DNA from: Torpedo marmorata
Taxonomy: Eukaryota
NCBI GenBank assembly: GCA_977017645.1
Contig: OZ360230.1
Coordinates: forward strand, 38,998,001 to 39,062,000
Direction of reading: 5' to 3'
DNA: 64,000 nucleotides
Under the pieces are notes generated by a model. That model searched no databases. It had not been told where the DNA came from and saw only the letters and a program-made list of their open reading frames with translations. Positions 62,652 through 64,000 of this stretch are shown here, one piece after another (position 1 is the first letter of the stretch; every line of letters starts with the position of its first letter). The position numbers were made by a program, and so were the translations under genes.

Positions 62652-63147
62652 TATGTCACTGAAGACTCTCAAAAACTTTCACAGGTGTATTGTGGAGAGC
62701 ATTCTGGCTGGTTGCATCACTGCCTGGTATGGAGGTGCCAACACTCACAATAAGAAAAAACTCCAGAGGGTTGTTAACTTGGCCTGCGACATCACGGGCA
62801 CTGGTGTTCACTCCATCGAGGACATCTACAAGAGGCAGTGTCTTAAGAAAGCTGCCTCTATCCTCAAGGACCCTCACCACTCAAGCCATGTCCTCTTCAC
62901 TCTGCTGCCATCAGTAAAAAGGTACAGGAGCCTGAAGATGAGCAGTCAGTAGCACAAGGACAGCTTCTTCCCCTCTGCCATCAGATTTCTGAATGAACAA
63001 TGAACCATAGACACTACCTTCTGTCTTTTTTTATCTTGCACTATTTTTATTTATTTTTTAATGTGGTTTATAGAAATGTTCGCACTATGATGCTGCCGCA
63101 AAACAATGAGTTTTGTGACATGTTCATGACAATAAATTCTGATTCTG
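62652..63147 (+). mobile_element. Rex1/Babar 3' fragment, same subfamily as 28065-29096
   Basis: KTLKNFHRCIVESILAGCITAWYGGAN..; tail AATAAATTCTGATTCTG. Confidence 0.94.
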
Positions 63148-63456
63148 AGATGATATTTTTAAATGATCAATCCAATTGAAACTAAGAATATGTGTAAGGA
63201 ATGGTTAACTCATGTTCAAGTTTATTGTCATCTATCTATGCAGATACAACCAGCATTTTTCTAGACCACGGTGTACACACAAAGACACATAATACACAGT
63301 GTATGGTTATCCCATATATACATAAAATATAATATAAAATAAGTATGTATAAATATTTTGGAATAATTTACTCATTTAATTTATAATAAACCCAAAATTA
63401 CAGGATAACGTTCATCAGTAAATCAAATATTGGTATAAAGCCACTGTCTACACTGG

Positions 63457-63825
63457 AACATAGAACAGTACAGCACTGGAAGAGGCCCTTCGGCCCACAT
63501 GTCTGGATTGAACATGATGTCCAAATCATTCTAAAATGCTGCTGCTTGCACCTGGTAGACATCCCTCCAACTCCTTCATATTCATGTGTCTATCCGGAAG
63601 CCTTTTTAATACTACTATCGCATCTGCTTCTATCACTATGCCAGGCACCTTCCACTCTGTGTAAAATATTTGCCCTGTACATCTCCCTTAAACTTCCTCA
63701 TCCTCACCTTAAAAGCATGTCCGCTTGTGTGCAATACATTTGCTCTGAGGAAAAGATTCCAACTGTCCACCCCATCAACGCCTCTCATGATTTTATATAC
63801 CTCCACAGGTTGTTTCCACAGCCCT
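63457..63825 (-). mobile_element. CR1 3' fragment
   Basis: GAACATAGAACAGTACAGCAC..GGCCCTTCGGCCCAC tail; CCTCACCTTAAA, TTTTATATACCTC. Confidence 0.88.
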
Positions 63826-64000
63826 CATTTATACTCATCCTGATTTCTATTTCAATTTATGTTCTCTCCTTGTAGACTCAATTGGTTCTGTAGGTAGTGT
63901 GATGCTTTTTCTATATTGTGAGAGAGAAATGAAGCCAGAACTCATCAGCTGTCTACAACAGCACTGAAATGCCTGCATGTGAAGACAAGAGAAATGTTGT

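Overview
AT-rich vertebrate genomic DNA. The repeat set (HE1-like V-SINEs, Deu-SINEs, CR1, Rex1/Babar, Penelope, hAT MITEs) points to a cartilaginous fish, probably a ray; this is an inference. The only host gene is the 37-nt first coding exon of MECOM (MDS1/PRDM3 isoform, MRSKGRARKLAT) on the minus strand at 56240-56276. Its GA-rich 5'UTR and promoter sit in a ~10 kb CpG-retaining, transposon-poor domain. Positions 1-56239 are inferred to be part of the large MECOM intron 1, and nearly all long ORFs in the track are retrotransposon relics. Notable structures: an L1 nested inside a different L1 family with a 17-bp TSD, a structured L1 inter-ORF spacer, a hAT MITE built from two inverted SINE tails, decayed Penelope hammerhead-ribozyme motifs, a solo LTR, a DR5 retinoic-acid-response-type element and several candidate enhancers. 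I found no convincing novel multi-gene system and no CRISPR array. Three N gaps and one probable assembly fold-back are present. All comparisons with human sequence are from memory, not from a search.
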